A stretch of 63,519 bases of DNA, filler included, from Octopus bimaculoides (Eukaryota): the NCBI RefSeq assembly GCF_001194135.2. It is 12 parts of 9 records of this genome, joined end to end, with 100 filler letters (N's around TTAATTAATTAA, not from the genome) between each part and the next. Parts side by side here need not be neighbours in the genome. Positions count along the whole stretch, not along the records: positions 35,636 to 40,502 come from NC_068988.1; positions 40,603 to 48,552 come from NC_069001.1; positions 48,653 to 51,226 come from NC_068981.1; 9 more parts are not named here. One strand, given 5' to 3'. Numbering within the stretch: position 1 is the stretch's first letter; every line of letters starts with the position of its first letter. The notes under the pieces are model-generated. The model saw only the letters and a list, made by a program, of their open reading frames with translations, was not told the DNA's origin and ran no database searches. A program made the translations under genes and the position numbers. Shown here piece by piece: positions 39,003 through 51,037 of the stretch.

Positions 39003-39640
39003 CTTTACAGGGCAATGTAAGAAGTGTTATGTCAGCAAATTTTGTGTGGAAAAAGGAAAGAACAAGCTATACAAACAGCAACAACTACAGCAATAAACAA
39101 CAACAATACTAACAGCATTATTAACAATGACATAACTAATACAACAAATAATAAGAACATTAACAGTAAAAACTATATTATCAGTATTAACTAACAGCGG
39201 TACCAACTACGTAACGATATCCGGAATTTGAGGGGAGAGGGCAAGTCGATTACATCGACCCCAGTACTCAACTGGTACTTAATTTATCGACCCGAATGAA
39301 AGACAAAGTCGACCTCGGCGGAATTTGAACTCAAAACGTAAAGACGGGCGAAATACCGCTGAGCATTTCGTCCGGTGTGCTAACGAGTCTGCCAGCTCAC
39401 CGTCATAATAATAATAATTATTATTATAAAGGTTTCAAATTTTGGCACAAGGCCAGTACTTTCGGGGGAAGGAGTAAGCCGAATTCTTGGACACCAGTAT
39501 TCAACTGGTACTTATTTTATCGACCCCGAGAGGATGAAAAGCAAAGTTGACCTCGGCGGAATTTGAACTCAGAACGTTAAAACCGGACGAAATACCGTTA
39601 AGCAATGTGCCCGGCGTTCAAACGATTCTGCTAGCTTGCC
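37703..39640 (-). mobile_element. Cluster of five co-oriented family B SINEs (about 37703-37855, 38055-38235, 38770-38930, 39220-39405, 39430-39640)
   Basis: Each carries aagtcgacctcggcgga.tttgaactc and the atcgacccc..actggtactt motif; separated by trinucleotide runs. Confidence 0.85.
38275..38650 (-). mobile_element. L1/Tx1-type LINE 3' end remnant
   Basis: Minus frame GVLLQSEFVEMWMNVVRMVRVSVPTLNWLL* (TAG at 38525-38527), followed by a T-rich 3' UTR-like stretch. Assignment from remembered family resemblance. Confidence 0.5.
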
Positions 39641-39643
39641 ATC

Positions 39644-39708
<65 letters not shown>

Positions 39709-39711
39709 CAA

Positions 39712-40135
39712 TGTGGCTGTGTTGTAAGTAGCTTGCTTACCAACCACACGATCTCGGGTTCAGTACCACTGCGTGGCACCTTGGGCAAGTGTCTTCTACT
39801 ATAGCCTTGGGCCGACCAATGCCTTGTGAGTGGATTTGGTTGACGGAAACTGAAAGAAGCCCGTCGTATATATTTATATATATAGATATATGTACGTGTG
39901 TATATATGTTTATGTGTCTGTGTTTGTCCCCCCAACATCACTTGACAACTGATGCTGGTGTGTATTTAGGTCCTCGTAACTTAGCGGTTCGGCAAAAAGA
40001 GACCGACAGAATAAGTACTAGGCTTACAGAGAATAAGTCCTGGGGTCGATTTGATTCGACTAAAAGGAGGTGCTCCAGCATGGCCGCAGTCAAGTGACTG
40101 AGACAAGTAAAAGAGTAAAAGAGTAAAGAGTAAAT
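39712..40135 (+). mobile_element. SINE family A, full-length bipartite copy with internal microsatellite and (AAAGAGT)n tail
   Basis: tRNA-like head tgtggctgtgttgtaagtagcttgcttacc..gggttcagtacc, ccttgggcaagtg domain, internal TA/TG run, 3' half ending gtaaaagagtaaaagagtaaa. Confidence 0.9.
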
Positions 40136-40374
40136 ACAATGCCGATAATAACAAAAACAACAATAATAATACCAATACGAAAATGACAACAACCACAGCT
40201 ATATGAAAACGAGAACAACAATAATGGTTATGATGATAAATGCCAATAGCAAGAACAACGTTAATATCGAAATAGCAACAACAGACATCATGGAAAAGCA
40301 TAGCAATAATAAATAATATCAAGAAACAGCAATATCAAAACAACAACAGTAAAAAAATGAATGAATAGATAAAT

Positions 40375-40375
40375 A

Positions 40376-40422
<47 letters not shown>

Positions 40423-40502
40423 TAATAATAATAATAATAATAATGATAATAATAATAATAATAATAATGAAAATAATAATGATAATAATAATAATAATAA
40501 TA
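40375..40502. repeat. (AAT)n microsatellite
   Basis: Direct reading. Confidence 0.97.
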
Positions 40503-40602
40503 NNNNNNNNNNNNNNNNNNNNNNNNNNNNNNNNNNNNNNNNNNNNTTAATTAATTAANNNNNNNNNNNNNNNNNNNNNNNNNNNNNNNNNNNNNNNNNN
40601 NN

Positions 40603-40689
<87 letters not shown>

Positions 40690-41257
40690 GAGTGAGAGAG
40701 AGAGAGAGGGAGAGAGAGAGACACACACACACACACATGCGCACACACCTACACTCACACAAAAAGCTAGTTGGATAGTCAGAAAAACATAAATGTTGTG
40801 ATAGATAAACAATGGAAAAAATGAGTGGGAGAGAGAAAGAGACAGATAGACCCAGGTAGTTCGCTAGAACAGTAGACAGATTAAAAAGAAACACAACCTC
40901 TATAGAGCTGACTAAGATCACACACAATGTCTGAAATGAATATGGCGGGGACTGAAGTACTTTGGTATCACGTTCCATAAGAAACATTGCAGGAATATTG
41001 CCAACAAAGGGAGGTTTGTATTACAGGATCAATGTACTTCTGTATAGCAGCCACATGGCCTCCTTCATCAAATTCTTTTGCTTCCTAAAATAGGATCTGG
41101 CTTTCATTGTCATTCTCTTTAACATCTGTGGCGTTCATCCTTTCGTAACTCAGCTTTAGCTGTCATTGAAAGGTGCTTTACAAATGTCTCCCTTCCATGT
41201 GATTATGTGTGTGTGGGGGGGGATGTGAGTGAGGGAGAAAGAAAGAGAGTGGTGTGG

Positions 41258-41604
41258 TAGGGCAGATATGGGTGTGTGGTCAAGATATTTGCTTCCCAGC
41301 TACATGGTTTTGGGTTCAGTCCCACTGCATGGCACCTTGGGTAAGTTTCTTCTACTTTAACTTCAGGTCAACCAAAGCCTTGTGAGCAGATTTGGTAGAC
41401 AGAAACCTTGTAGAAGCCTGTTGTGTGTGTGTGTGTGTGTGGTAAGAAGCTTGCTTCCCAACTACATGGTCCTGGGTTCATTCCCACTGTGTGGCACCTT
41501 GGGGCAAGTGTCTTCTACTACAACTTTGGGTCAATCAAAGCCTTGTAAGTAGATTTGGTAGACAGAAACCTTGTAGAAGCCTGTTGTGTGTGTGTGTGTG
41601 TGTG
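41258..41604 (+). mobile_element. Tandem dimer of SINE family A 5' halves
   Basis: Two head-to-tail units (about 41258-41440 and 41440-41604), both ending gacagaaaccttgtagaagcctgttgtgtg. Confidence 0.85.
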
Positions 41605-42534
41605 NNNNNNNNNNNNNNNNNNNNNNNNNNNNNNNNNNNNNNNNNNNNNNNNNNNNNNNNNNNNNNNNNNNNNNNNNNNNNNNNNNNNNNNNNNNNNNNN
41701 NNNNNNNNNNNNNNNNNNNNNNNNNNNNNNNNNNNNNNNNNNNNNNNNNNNNNNNNNNNNNNNNNNNNNNNNNNNNNNNNNNNNNNNNNNNNNNNNNNNN
41801 NNNNNNNNNNNNNNNNNNNNNNNNNNNNNNNNNNNNNNNNNNNNNNNNNNNNNNNNNNNNNNNNNNNNNNNNNNNNNNNNNNNNNNNNNNNNNNNNNNNN
41901 NNNNNNNNNNNNNNNNNNNNNNNNNNNNNNNNNNNNNNNNNNNNNNNNNNNNNNNNNNNNNNNNNNNNNNNNNNNNNNNNNNNNNNNNNNNNNNNNNNNN
42001 NNNNNTATATCAACCCTAGTGCTCAACTGATACTTATTTTATTGACCCTGCTCCAGCCTCGAAAAGTTGAGGGCTTGACCAAAGAGGAATGTCTCTGTCT
42101 TCAGCCCTTTTAATCTCATTCACCACACAACCTCTTTTGCAAAGGACACTAGATAGATAAACACTTCCAGTCCATTCAGGTCAAAGGAAGGCAATGGAAC
42201 AATCTTCACAATGGACTCAGCTGATATCCTGATCTGTTCTACATACAATAACAGGTGTTCAACATAAGTCTGTAAGTCAGCAATACTCAGACACTGGACA
42301 AATGCATGCAAAACAATTTTGTTGCTCCGCATAGACCTTGAGCAGGCCTGGTTAACAGCACTTCTGTGCCTGTGGAGTTTATCTTCAACTAGCAGTGCTT
42401 CCTAATAGCGCTGCCATGCCAGAGATTTCTGACAATTATCCAAAGACCATGACCTGAAATTCTTCTGGAATAGACCGGCCAGTTGATTCTCATTGACATG
42501 AAGATTCTAACCATGAATGTTGTCACTCTTATTT

Positions 42535-42762
42535 TCTTATTGCCCACAAGGGGCTAAACATAGAGGGGACAAACAAGGACAAACACAGGGATTAAGTCGA
42601 TTACATCGACCCCAGTACATAACTGGTACTTAATTTATCGACCCCGAAAGGATGAAAGACAAAGTCAACCTTGGCGGAATTTGAACTCAGAACGTAACGG
42701 CAGACGAAATACCGCTAAGCATTACGCCCGGTGCGCTAACGATTCTGCCAGCTTGTCCACCT
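42535..42762 (-). mobile_element. SINE family B with variant 3' tail
   Basis: Family B head and central domain, but the tail reads attgcccacaaggggctaaacatagaggggacaaac instead of tttctactataggcacaagg. Confidence 0.85.
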
Positions 42763-43212
42763 CTAAACCTAAATAGAAGGCCAAAGTGGAAGTTCCAACT
42801 GCTTTGTCCAACTGGCTGAGGGCTATGAGTTTTTGATGATGCTGAATATGCCAGGTGTCCTGCCTCAATCTACTTTCATCCAGGATGCAGCTCAATCAAA
42901 GAGACGAGCAATGGAAAAGTATGTCTGACAAACAATGACCACGCATGCTTACTGTTGAAGAAACACTGGAGATGTTGTAGTCTCAGTGCATGTCTGCATA
43001 TCATCAACCATGACATTCCCAGTCCCCAACTTTGTGAGTGTTGAAAAAAATAAATAAAAGAGTGCTTGGCCAGTAGAATGCATTCCATCCTATCAGAAAA
43101 TAGAAGAGCAGGTGCTTCAGTCCAGTCAGAAATAAATTGGGGTAAGGCCTGATGGTCACAGGGTGATATATATAAGGCAATGTAAGCATTCACCACCTCT
43201 GCTCCACTTTAT

Positions 43213-43470
43213 GGAGGTGCATGGCTTAGTGGTTAGGGCTTTGAGCTCATGATCATAAGATTGTGGTTTCAATTCTTGGACCAGGCAAAGTGTTGTGTTC
43301 TTGAGGAAAACACTTCATTTCACATTGCTCCAGTCCACTCAGCTGTCAAAAATGATTAATCCTGTGACAGACTGGCGTCCTGTCCAGGTGGGGAATATAT
43401 ATGCCATGAAACCAGGAAACCGGCCCTTATTAGTCAGTATGTCTCGAGAAGGTAGATTTACTTACTTTAT
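43213..43470 (+). mobile_element. tRNA-derived SINE, family C
   Basis: ggaggtgcatggcttagtggttagg A box, ggtttcaattc B box, family C body. Confidence 0.85.
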
Positions 43471-43564
43471 TGCCCAACCTTTCAGAGATAGCTTTCTTTA
43501 GGCCCATTTCTGGGTGAGGCTGGTCACTCAGCCCATCACCTCATCCCAGTTCTTCAATAATAAT

Positions 43565-43765
43565 AATGGCTCCTGATTTAGGCATAAAGCCAACAATTTC
43601 AAGGGAAGGGTATTAATGAAAACCAGCAACTCCATTACTTGGATGGAACTTTGTGTTATCAAGTCTGGAGGGATGAAAGGTAAAGTTGACCTTGGTGGGA
43701 GGTCAAGTCAGAGTGTAAATATAAGTATTTCACCTGGCGTGTTAACGATCCTGCCAGCTTGCTGC

Positions 43766-43813
<48 letters not shown>

Positions 43814-44930
43814 TGCTGGACTGACTCCTGTGCAGATGGCACGTAAAAAGACACCATTTGAGCGTAGCCGTTGCCAGTAGCACCTGACTGGCCCTCGTGC
43901 CGGTGTCACGTAAAAGCACCCACTACACGCTCGGAGTGGTTGGCGTTAGGAAGGGCATCCAGCTGTAGAAACTCTGCCAGATCAGATTGGAGCCTGGTGC
44001 AGCCATCTGGTTCGCCAGTCCTCAGTCAAATCGTCCAACCCATGCCAGCATGGAAAGCGGACAGTAAACGATGATGATGATGATGAATAACAGTAATAAT
44101 AATAATTCTTTCTACTATAGGTGCAAGACCTGAAATTTTGGGATAGGGAGCTAGTGGACTGAATTGAAACCAGTGTGACACTGGTACTTATTTCATTGAC
44201 CCCTAAAAGGATGAGAAGCAAAGTTGACCTCAGCAGTATTTGAACTCATAACATAAAGATGGACAAAACGTTGCTAAGCATTTTGCCTGGCATGCTAACA
44301 ATTCCGCCAGCTTTGCCAGAAGAAATATTGCAAAATATTTTGTCCAGTGCAGTATATTATATGTTGTCCATTTTGTCCAGCTGGCTGCCTTGACAATAAT
44401 GGCAATAATTCCTTTCTACTCTAGGCATAAGGCCTGAAATCTTGGGGGAGGGGTCTAGTCGATTACATCAACCCCAGTACACAACTGGTACTTAATTTAT
44501 CGACCCTGAAAGGATGAAAGGCAAAGTTGACCTCCGTGGAATTTGAACTCAGAACGTAGCAACGGGCGAAATATCGCTAAGCATTCCATCCAGCGGGGCA
44601 ATAATAATGATAATAATTCTTTGATAATTCTTTCCACTATAGACACAAGGCCTGAAATGTTGTGGTGGAGTGTAACTTAATCACATTGACTCCAATGAGC
44701 AACCAGTACTTCTTTTATCAATCCAAAAAGGATGACAGGCAAAGCTGACCTCAGCAGAACATCAACTACAATAATAATGGTTTCTGATTTTGGCATAAGG
44801 CTAGAAATTTTGTGTGGAGGGGATTAATAGAAACTATCAAGTCAAGTACTTGACAAATACTTTATTTTATTGACCACAGAGGAATGAAAGGTATAACTGA
44901 CCTTGGCAGGATTAGAACTCAGAACAAGTA
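43565..44930 (-). mobile_element. Cluster of five co-oriented family B SINEs (about 43565-43765, 44105-44315, 44410-44600, 44628-44760, 44775-44930)
   Basis: Repeated ggcctgaaat..cgacc..ggatgaaaggcaaagttgacct motifs. Confidence 0.8.
43830..44088 (+). mobile_element. Interspersed repeat family E (RTE-related SINE-like) with (GAT)n tail
   Basis: ggagtggttggcgttaggaagggcatccagctgtagaaactctgcc...cagcatggaaagcggac..aaacgatgatgat; homologous to 46655-47042. Confidence 0.8.
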
Positions 44931-45904
44931 GACCTAATACAGAAATGATAACGAAGATAATAATGACGACAACGATGATAATGATGATGATGGTTATGAT
45001 GACAATGACCATGATGCCGATGATGACGATGACAACAACGATGACGATGATGATGACGACGATGAAGATGGTGATGAGGTCAATGATTATGATGATTTTC
45101 CAACTTAAGAGGCTCGAAACCAAACATATACAAACATGTTATGTGTTGCGTTTTTGTGTTTATACGGGTGAATGGATGTCCTCAATGTGATTTTAATGAA
45201 GGAAAATCCACAGGGACGGACATCGAACGAAAATCGGTCAGGGAGGCGTCTAATTTGCAACTTGGTTTCATACACACACAAATATATATATATATATATA
45301 NNNNNNNNNNNNNNNNNNNNNNNNNNNNNNNNNNNNNNNNNNNNNNNNNNNNNNNNNNNNNNNNNNNNNNNNNNNNNNNNNNNNNNNNNNNNNNNNNNNN
45401 NNNNNNNNNNNNNNNNNNNNNNNNNNNNNNNNNNNNNNNNNNNNNNNNNNNNNNNNNNNNNNNNNNNNNNNNNNNNNNNNNNNNNNNNNNNNNNNNNNNN
45501 NNNNNNNNNNNNNNNNNNNNNNNNNNNNNNNNNNNNNNNNNNNNNNNNNNNNNNNNNNNNNNNNNNNNNNNNNNNNNNNNNNNNNNNNNNNNNNNNNNNN
45601 NNNNNNNNNNNNNNNNNNNNNNNNNNNNNNNNNNNNNNNNNNNNNNNNNNNNNNNNNNNNNNNNNNNNNNNNNNNNNNNNNNNNNNNNNNNNNNNNNNNN
45701 NNNNNNNNNNNNNNNNNNNNNNNNNNNNNNNNNNNNNNNNNNNNNNNNNNNNNNNNNNNNNNNNNNNNNNNNNNNNNNNNNNNNNNNNNNNNNNNNNNNN
45801 NNNNNNNNNNNNNNNNNNNNNNNNNNNNNNNNNNNNNNNNNNNNNNNNNNNNNNNNNNNNNNNNNNNNNNNNNNNNNNNNNNNNNNNNNNNNNNNNNNNN
45901 NNNN

Positions 45905-46165
45905 GGGACGTAAACACACCAGCATCGGTTGTCAAGCGATGCTGGGGGGACAAACACAGACACACAAACATATGCACGCACACACATATATACATACATA
46001 CGACGGGCTTCTTTCAGTTTCCGTCTACCAAATCCACTCACAAGGCTTTGGTCGGCCCGAGGCTATAGTAGAAGACACTTGCCTAAGGTGCCACGCAGTG
46101 GGACTGAACCTGGAACAATGTGGCTGGTAAGCAAGCTACTTACCACACAGCCACTCCTGCGCCTA
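45905..46165 (-). mobile_element. SINE family A (5' half plus part of 3' half)
   Basis: ggacgtaaacacaccagcatcggttgtcaagcg...gacgggcttctttcagtttccgtctacc...cttaccacacagccac. Confidence 0.9.
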
Positions 46166-46654
46166 TACATGTATACATACATGTAAACATGCATATACGT
46201 ATACATATGTATTTATGTATATATATTTATACATACATACATTCATATCCGTCTACATTATACACACACACACCCATATATATATATGATTATATTATAT
46301 GAAACATTGATATAACATCACCGATACAAATGGGCGTTTAAAGTAATCGAAGAGTGGGGGAAAGGAAGAGAGGTGTGAGAAGAGGAGGAGGCTATGAGGG
46401 AGAAGTAAGCGAAAAAGAGAGAGGAGAATGAGAAAGTGTGTGTGTATGTATGTATATATGTATGTATGTATGTATAAATAAGATCTCCAGGAATGGAATC
46501 AATGCTTGGAAAACTCTAAAATAGCAATACTTAAGAGAGACTGGTAATTTCTCTGATCACATTTACATGTGAGCATAGATTGTGTTTATACATACATACT
46601 GACCGAGACCTTTGGAAATGTGCTGTGCGTGAGAAGACCCGGCAAGCCAAGTAA

Positions 46655-47042
46655 GATCGTTGCCAGTGCCCCTGGACTGGCTCTTGTGCGGGTGGCACAT
46701 GAGATGCACCATTTTGAGCGTGGCCGTTGCCAGTACCGCCTGACTGGCTCCCGTAGGATTTTCGAGCGAGAACGTTGCCAGTGCCCCTGGACTGGCTTCT
46801 GCGGGTGGCACATAAAAGACACCATTTCGAGCGTAGCCGTTTTCGTGCGGGTGACACGTAAAAGCACCCACTACACTCTCTGAGTGGTTGGCGTTAGGAA
46901 GGGCATCCAGCTGTAGAAACTCTGCCAAATTAGATTGGAGCCTGTTGTTGCCATCCGGTTTCACCAGTCCTCAGTCAAATCGTCCAAGCCATGCTAGCAT
47001 GGAAAGCGGACGTTAAACGACGATGATGATGATGATGATGAT
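46655..47042 (+). mobile_element. Family E repeat with tandemly amplified 5' hairpin units
   Basis: Three cgttgccagt..gactggc units precede the common E body and (GAT)n tail. Confidence 0.85.
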
Positions 47043-47314
47043 ACATACGTACAATTTAATGTTCTCATATATATACATGCGAACACACACATATATATCT
47101 TTGACGCGTTCTCTCCTCTCTGTGTATGTATGTATGTCTGTATGTTTACATTTAGAACTTAACATATTTTTAACTACCACCACCAACAACACCACCCAAC
47201 ATTTTTTTTTTTTGCATTCTCACATAGGTTGGATGGTTCGGCAAGGTCCGAGGAGTTGCAGAGCTGTGTCAGGTCTCAAAGTCAGCTTCATATATAAATA
47301 AATATATATATACA

Positions 47315-47527
47315 TACTCTTTTACTCTTTTACTTGTTTCAGTCATTTGACTGTGGCCATGCTGGAGCACCGCCTTTAGTCGAACAAATCGACCCCAGGA
47401 CTTATCCTTTGTAAGCCTAGTACTTATTCTATCAGTCACTTTTGCCGAACCGCTAAGTTACGGGGACATAAACACACCAGCATCAATTGTCAAGCAATGC
47501 TAGGGGGGGACAAGCACAGACACACAA

Positions 47528-47565
<38 letters not shown>

Positions 47566-47730
47566 ATATGTACGACGGGCTTCTTTCAGTTTCCGTCTAC
47601 CAAATCCACTCACAAGGCTTTGGTTGGCTCGAGGCTATGGTAGAAGACACTTGCCCAAGGTGCCACGCAGTGGGACTGAACCCGGAACCATGTGGTTGGT
47701 AAGCAAGCTACTTACCACACAGCCACTCAA
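47315..47730 (-). mobile_element. SINE family A, full-length
   Basis: Colinear reverse complement of 39712-40135, including tail tactcttttactcttttac. Confidence 0.92.
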
Positions 47731-48513
47731 GCGCATATATACATACATATATGTACATACCTACATATATATGTATATATACATGCATATATGGGTACAG
47801 GACATCAAAAAAAGAAAACGTGAACAGAATGAGAAACGAGAACATAAAAAAACAAAAATAGAAAACAAACTTTTTTTCGAACAACGAAAGAAACAAATAG
47901 AGAAATGAGGCGGGCAACATAAAAAGCATTCCCTTCATCAGTTGTCCCCTAGGACACACACACACACACCAGTTTTGCATGTAATTTCTTAATTTTTACA
48001 ATGCAGCGAGGGGCATTTACCAATTATTTCTAACAAGGCTACGTGATCTCGTAAACGTTTCCTATGGGGTTTGGTCACCTCTAAGATAAACGAACCTTAC
48101 TCCAGATCTGATCTGAAGTTTCCTTCAACAGGTCTCTCAGATGGATTGTAGAAGAAAGCGTGTTCTTTCGCCATCTGTTGCACGAAACCAGGGTTCGGAT
48201 ATGTAATGATGTATACCTTACATATGGCAAATTTACAGGGTTCGGATATGTAATGATGTATACCTTACATATGGCAAATTTACATATATGACTGTATGAT
48301 CTTATATACATCAAACACTGGTGTATATCAAGTACCTGCGCGCGCGCGCGTGTTTGTACATATACACGTATACTAACGTACATACACATACACAGGTCTG
48401 TACGTACATAAATACATGCACACACACACACACACATACATATATAAACAGTCATGCGTACATACATATCTATACATGCATACACCCACACACATACATA
48501 TATGTGTGTGTAT

Positions 48514-48552
<39 letters not shown>

Positions 48553-48734
48553 NNNNNNNNNNNNNNNNNNNNNNNNNNNNNNNNNNNNNNNNNNNNTTAA
48601 TTAATTAANNNNNNNNNNNNNNNNNNNNNNNNNNNNNNNNNNNNNNNNNNNNATATACCCATACATATGCATATATATAATATACATGCACACACACAAG
48701 TATTATATAGGCAAATACATACATACACATAGAC

Positions 48735-49030
48735 GAAGTTGTGGCTGTATGGTGAGAAGTTCGCTTCCCGACCACATGCTTCCGGGACAAATGTCTTCTG
48801 CCATAGCCTGGAGTCAACTAAACCCTTGTGAGTGGATTTGGTAGACGGAAACTGATAAAAGTCCGTCGTGTGTGTGTATGTGTGTGTGTGTGTATGTGTG
48901 TGTGTGTGTATGCGTGTGTGTGTGTATGTGTGTGTTCCCCACTTACCCACCACCGCTTGACAACTGATGTTGGTGTGTCTACAACACCCGCAACCTAGCG
49001 GTTCGGCAAACGAATCTGATAGAATAAGAA
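48735..49030 (+). mobile_element. SINE family A, diverged, with internal deletion
   Basis: gtggctgtatggtgagaagttcgcttccc..cccttgtgagtggatttggtagacggaaactg..ctagcggttcggcaaa. Confidence 0.8.
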
Positions 49031-49104
49031 AAATATAAAGCCGCATATATATGTGTCTATAAATATGTATTTATGCACGTATACATATTCGTGCGCGGTT
49101 AGTC

Positions 49105-49335
49105 CACATTACTTTATAAGGTACACAGGGCTGGTCTCTCGGTTCCTCCGGCGTATATATTCTACCGGGACGCCGGTCTATCGGAGGATTATTAATTTTT
49201 ACCAACTGAATAAACCGGAGCAATGTGAGAAGAAGTGTTTTGCTCAAGAACACAACTCAACACCCGGTTCAGGAATCGAAACCACAATCTTATGATCATC
49301 AGTTCAACACCCTAACCACTAAGCCATGCACCTCC
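49105..49335 (-). mobile_element. tRNA-derived SINE, family C
   Basis: Reverse complement ggtgcatggcttagtggttagggtg..ggtttcgattcc..ttgagcaaaacacttc. Confidence 0.85.
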
Positions 49336-49374
49336 ACACGAACATGTGCATACAGCAGCTACAGATATACAGAT

Positions 49375-49705
49375 AAAAAGGGTAAAGACCTCCTTCGGTC
49401 ATGAATACCTAGAAAGGTACCCTGTGAGGTAAAAGTGTGAGCAAGGTTGCTTATGGAAGACCCGCAGTCACCCATGCATACCAGCCTCCCCCCTCAACAC
49501 ATCACCGATGTTATCTAAGGGTAAGGTAAATGCCGATATAGTTTGGCACCAGTGACATCACACCTCATTTTTCTACAGGTGAGTGAACTGGAATAACATG
49601 GAATAAAATGTATTGCTTAAGAGCTCAAAACACAGCCCGGTCCGAGAATGGAACTCGCATCCTCATGATTGCGAGCCAGATGCTCTAACCACTGAGCTAT
49701 GTGCC
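49375..49705 (-). mobile_element. tRNA-derived SINE, family D (C-like head, different 3' body)
   Basis: Reverse complement gcacatagctcagtggttagagca..gagttccattc, then ggtgccaaactatatcggc..ggtatgcatgggtgactgcgggtcttcc..catgaccgaaggaggtctttaccc. Confidence 0.7.
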
Positions 49706-51037
49706 TTAACACGTACAGACACACATATGAATTTTTATATATAGTTACGTGTGCGTGTGTGAGAGAAAGAGAGAAAGGGAGAGAGAAAGATGCAATGTCT
49801 ACGAAGGCTTGTTATTCTAAATGCAAATTTTCTAAACACACGAACGTATCCAAACTCTCCCCAAATATATCATCAGATTGTACCCGCCGGTAAAGAATGT
49901 AACTCTACTTTCAGTAGACAAACAGTCTCGTAACACGTTCCACTCCTTTTTTTTTTTTTTTGCGTGGTTGAATAATTTGCTCTGGTGAGAGTGCCAACAG
50001 CAAGAATAATTACCCCAGTCAAATATTAACATTTGTAAAAATCATCTCATATATAGCAGCAAAGAATAATTACTGCAAATCAGTCAAAAAAAAANNNNNN
50101 NNNNNNNNNNNNNNNNNNNNNNNNNNNNNNNNNNNNNNNNNNNNNNNNNNNNNNNNNNNNNNNNNNNNNNNNNNNNNNNNNNNNNNNNNNNNNNNNNNNN
50201 NNNNNNNNNNNNNNNNNNNNNNNNNNNNNNNNNNNNNNNNNNNNNNNNNNNNNNNNNNNNNNNNNNNNNNNNNNNNNNNNNNNNNNNNNNNNNNNNNNNN
50301 NNATATATATATATATATATACTGGGCTATATGGCTCACAATCATAAAGTTGTATGCGTTTATGTAAGGTGTAGGTGTATGTAAAAGCGGTAAGTTTTGT
50401 AAGAATAAATACCAAAGATGAGAATATAAAGTTATGTTAATACACACAAACACAAACAAACACACACACGCACATACACTCACACAAATTCACATGCATA
50501 TATACACACACATATGCCTTCACATATATACAACATATATACGTACACATACAATGTATGTACTTTCGCAGATGCAAGACATAATTTCGTATATAATCTC
50601 ATGTGAACCGTAGATTGGGTTGTACGAGGGGACATCATGATTCTTATATTTGTTGTTTGGTTTATTAGCTCTGATGTGTTGTACAGGGATGGGACAATAT
50701 ACTGTATTACGAGCAGTAGAATTACCGTGTTGTGTGTGTCTATGAGTTTTAGTTTGTAGTTTATTGCTATTGCTTTGATCAATTCTTCCTGGCCTGTTTT
50801 CTCGATTTGAGACAGTTCTCTACCGTAACTTTGTGTTGGTGTGTAACGTGTATTATTATTTGAGGAATTGGTAGAGTTATGTATGCCTGTGTCTTGTATG
50901 CATTGAATCTTCTCTCGGTATCCACAAATACATAGGTTTTACAAATGCAATGCAATAAACACTCGGTCTTTGAGCCACTTTACATGCAGTAATAAGTTGT
51001 GCGAAACAGAGTTTATTTGAACGAAATACCACTTGAA

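Noticed and set aside
41021-41080. Possible 60-nt minus-strand exon EAKEFDEGGHVAAIQKYIDP (ttttag / gtaata)
   Set aside because: Another frame (MTMKARSYFR..KEAMWLLYRSTLI) resembles a decayed LINE RT thumb about as well; neither reading can be supported without a search.
42030-43200. GC-richer stretches flanking the 42535 SINE as coding sequence
   Set aside because: All frames I tried are interrupted and I recognised no motif; probably old TE sequence but unassignable.
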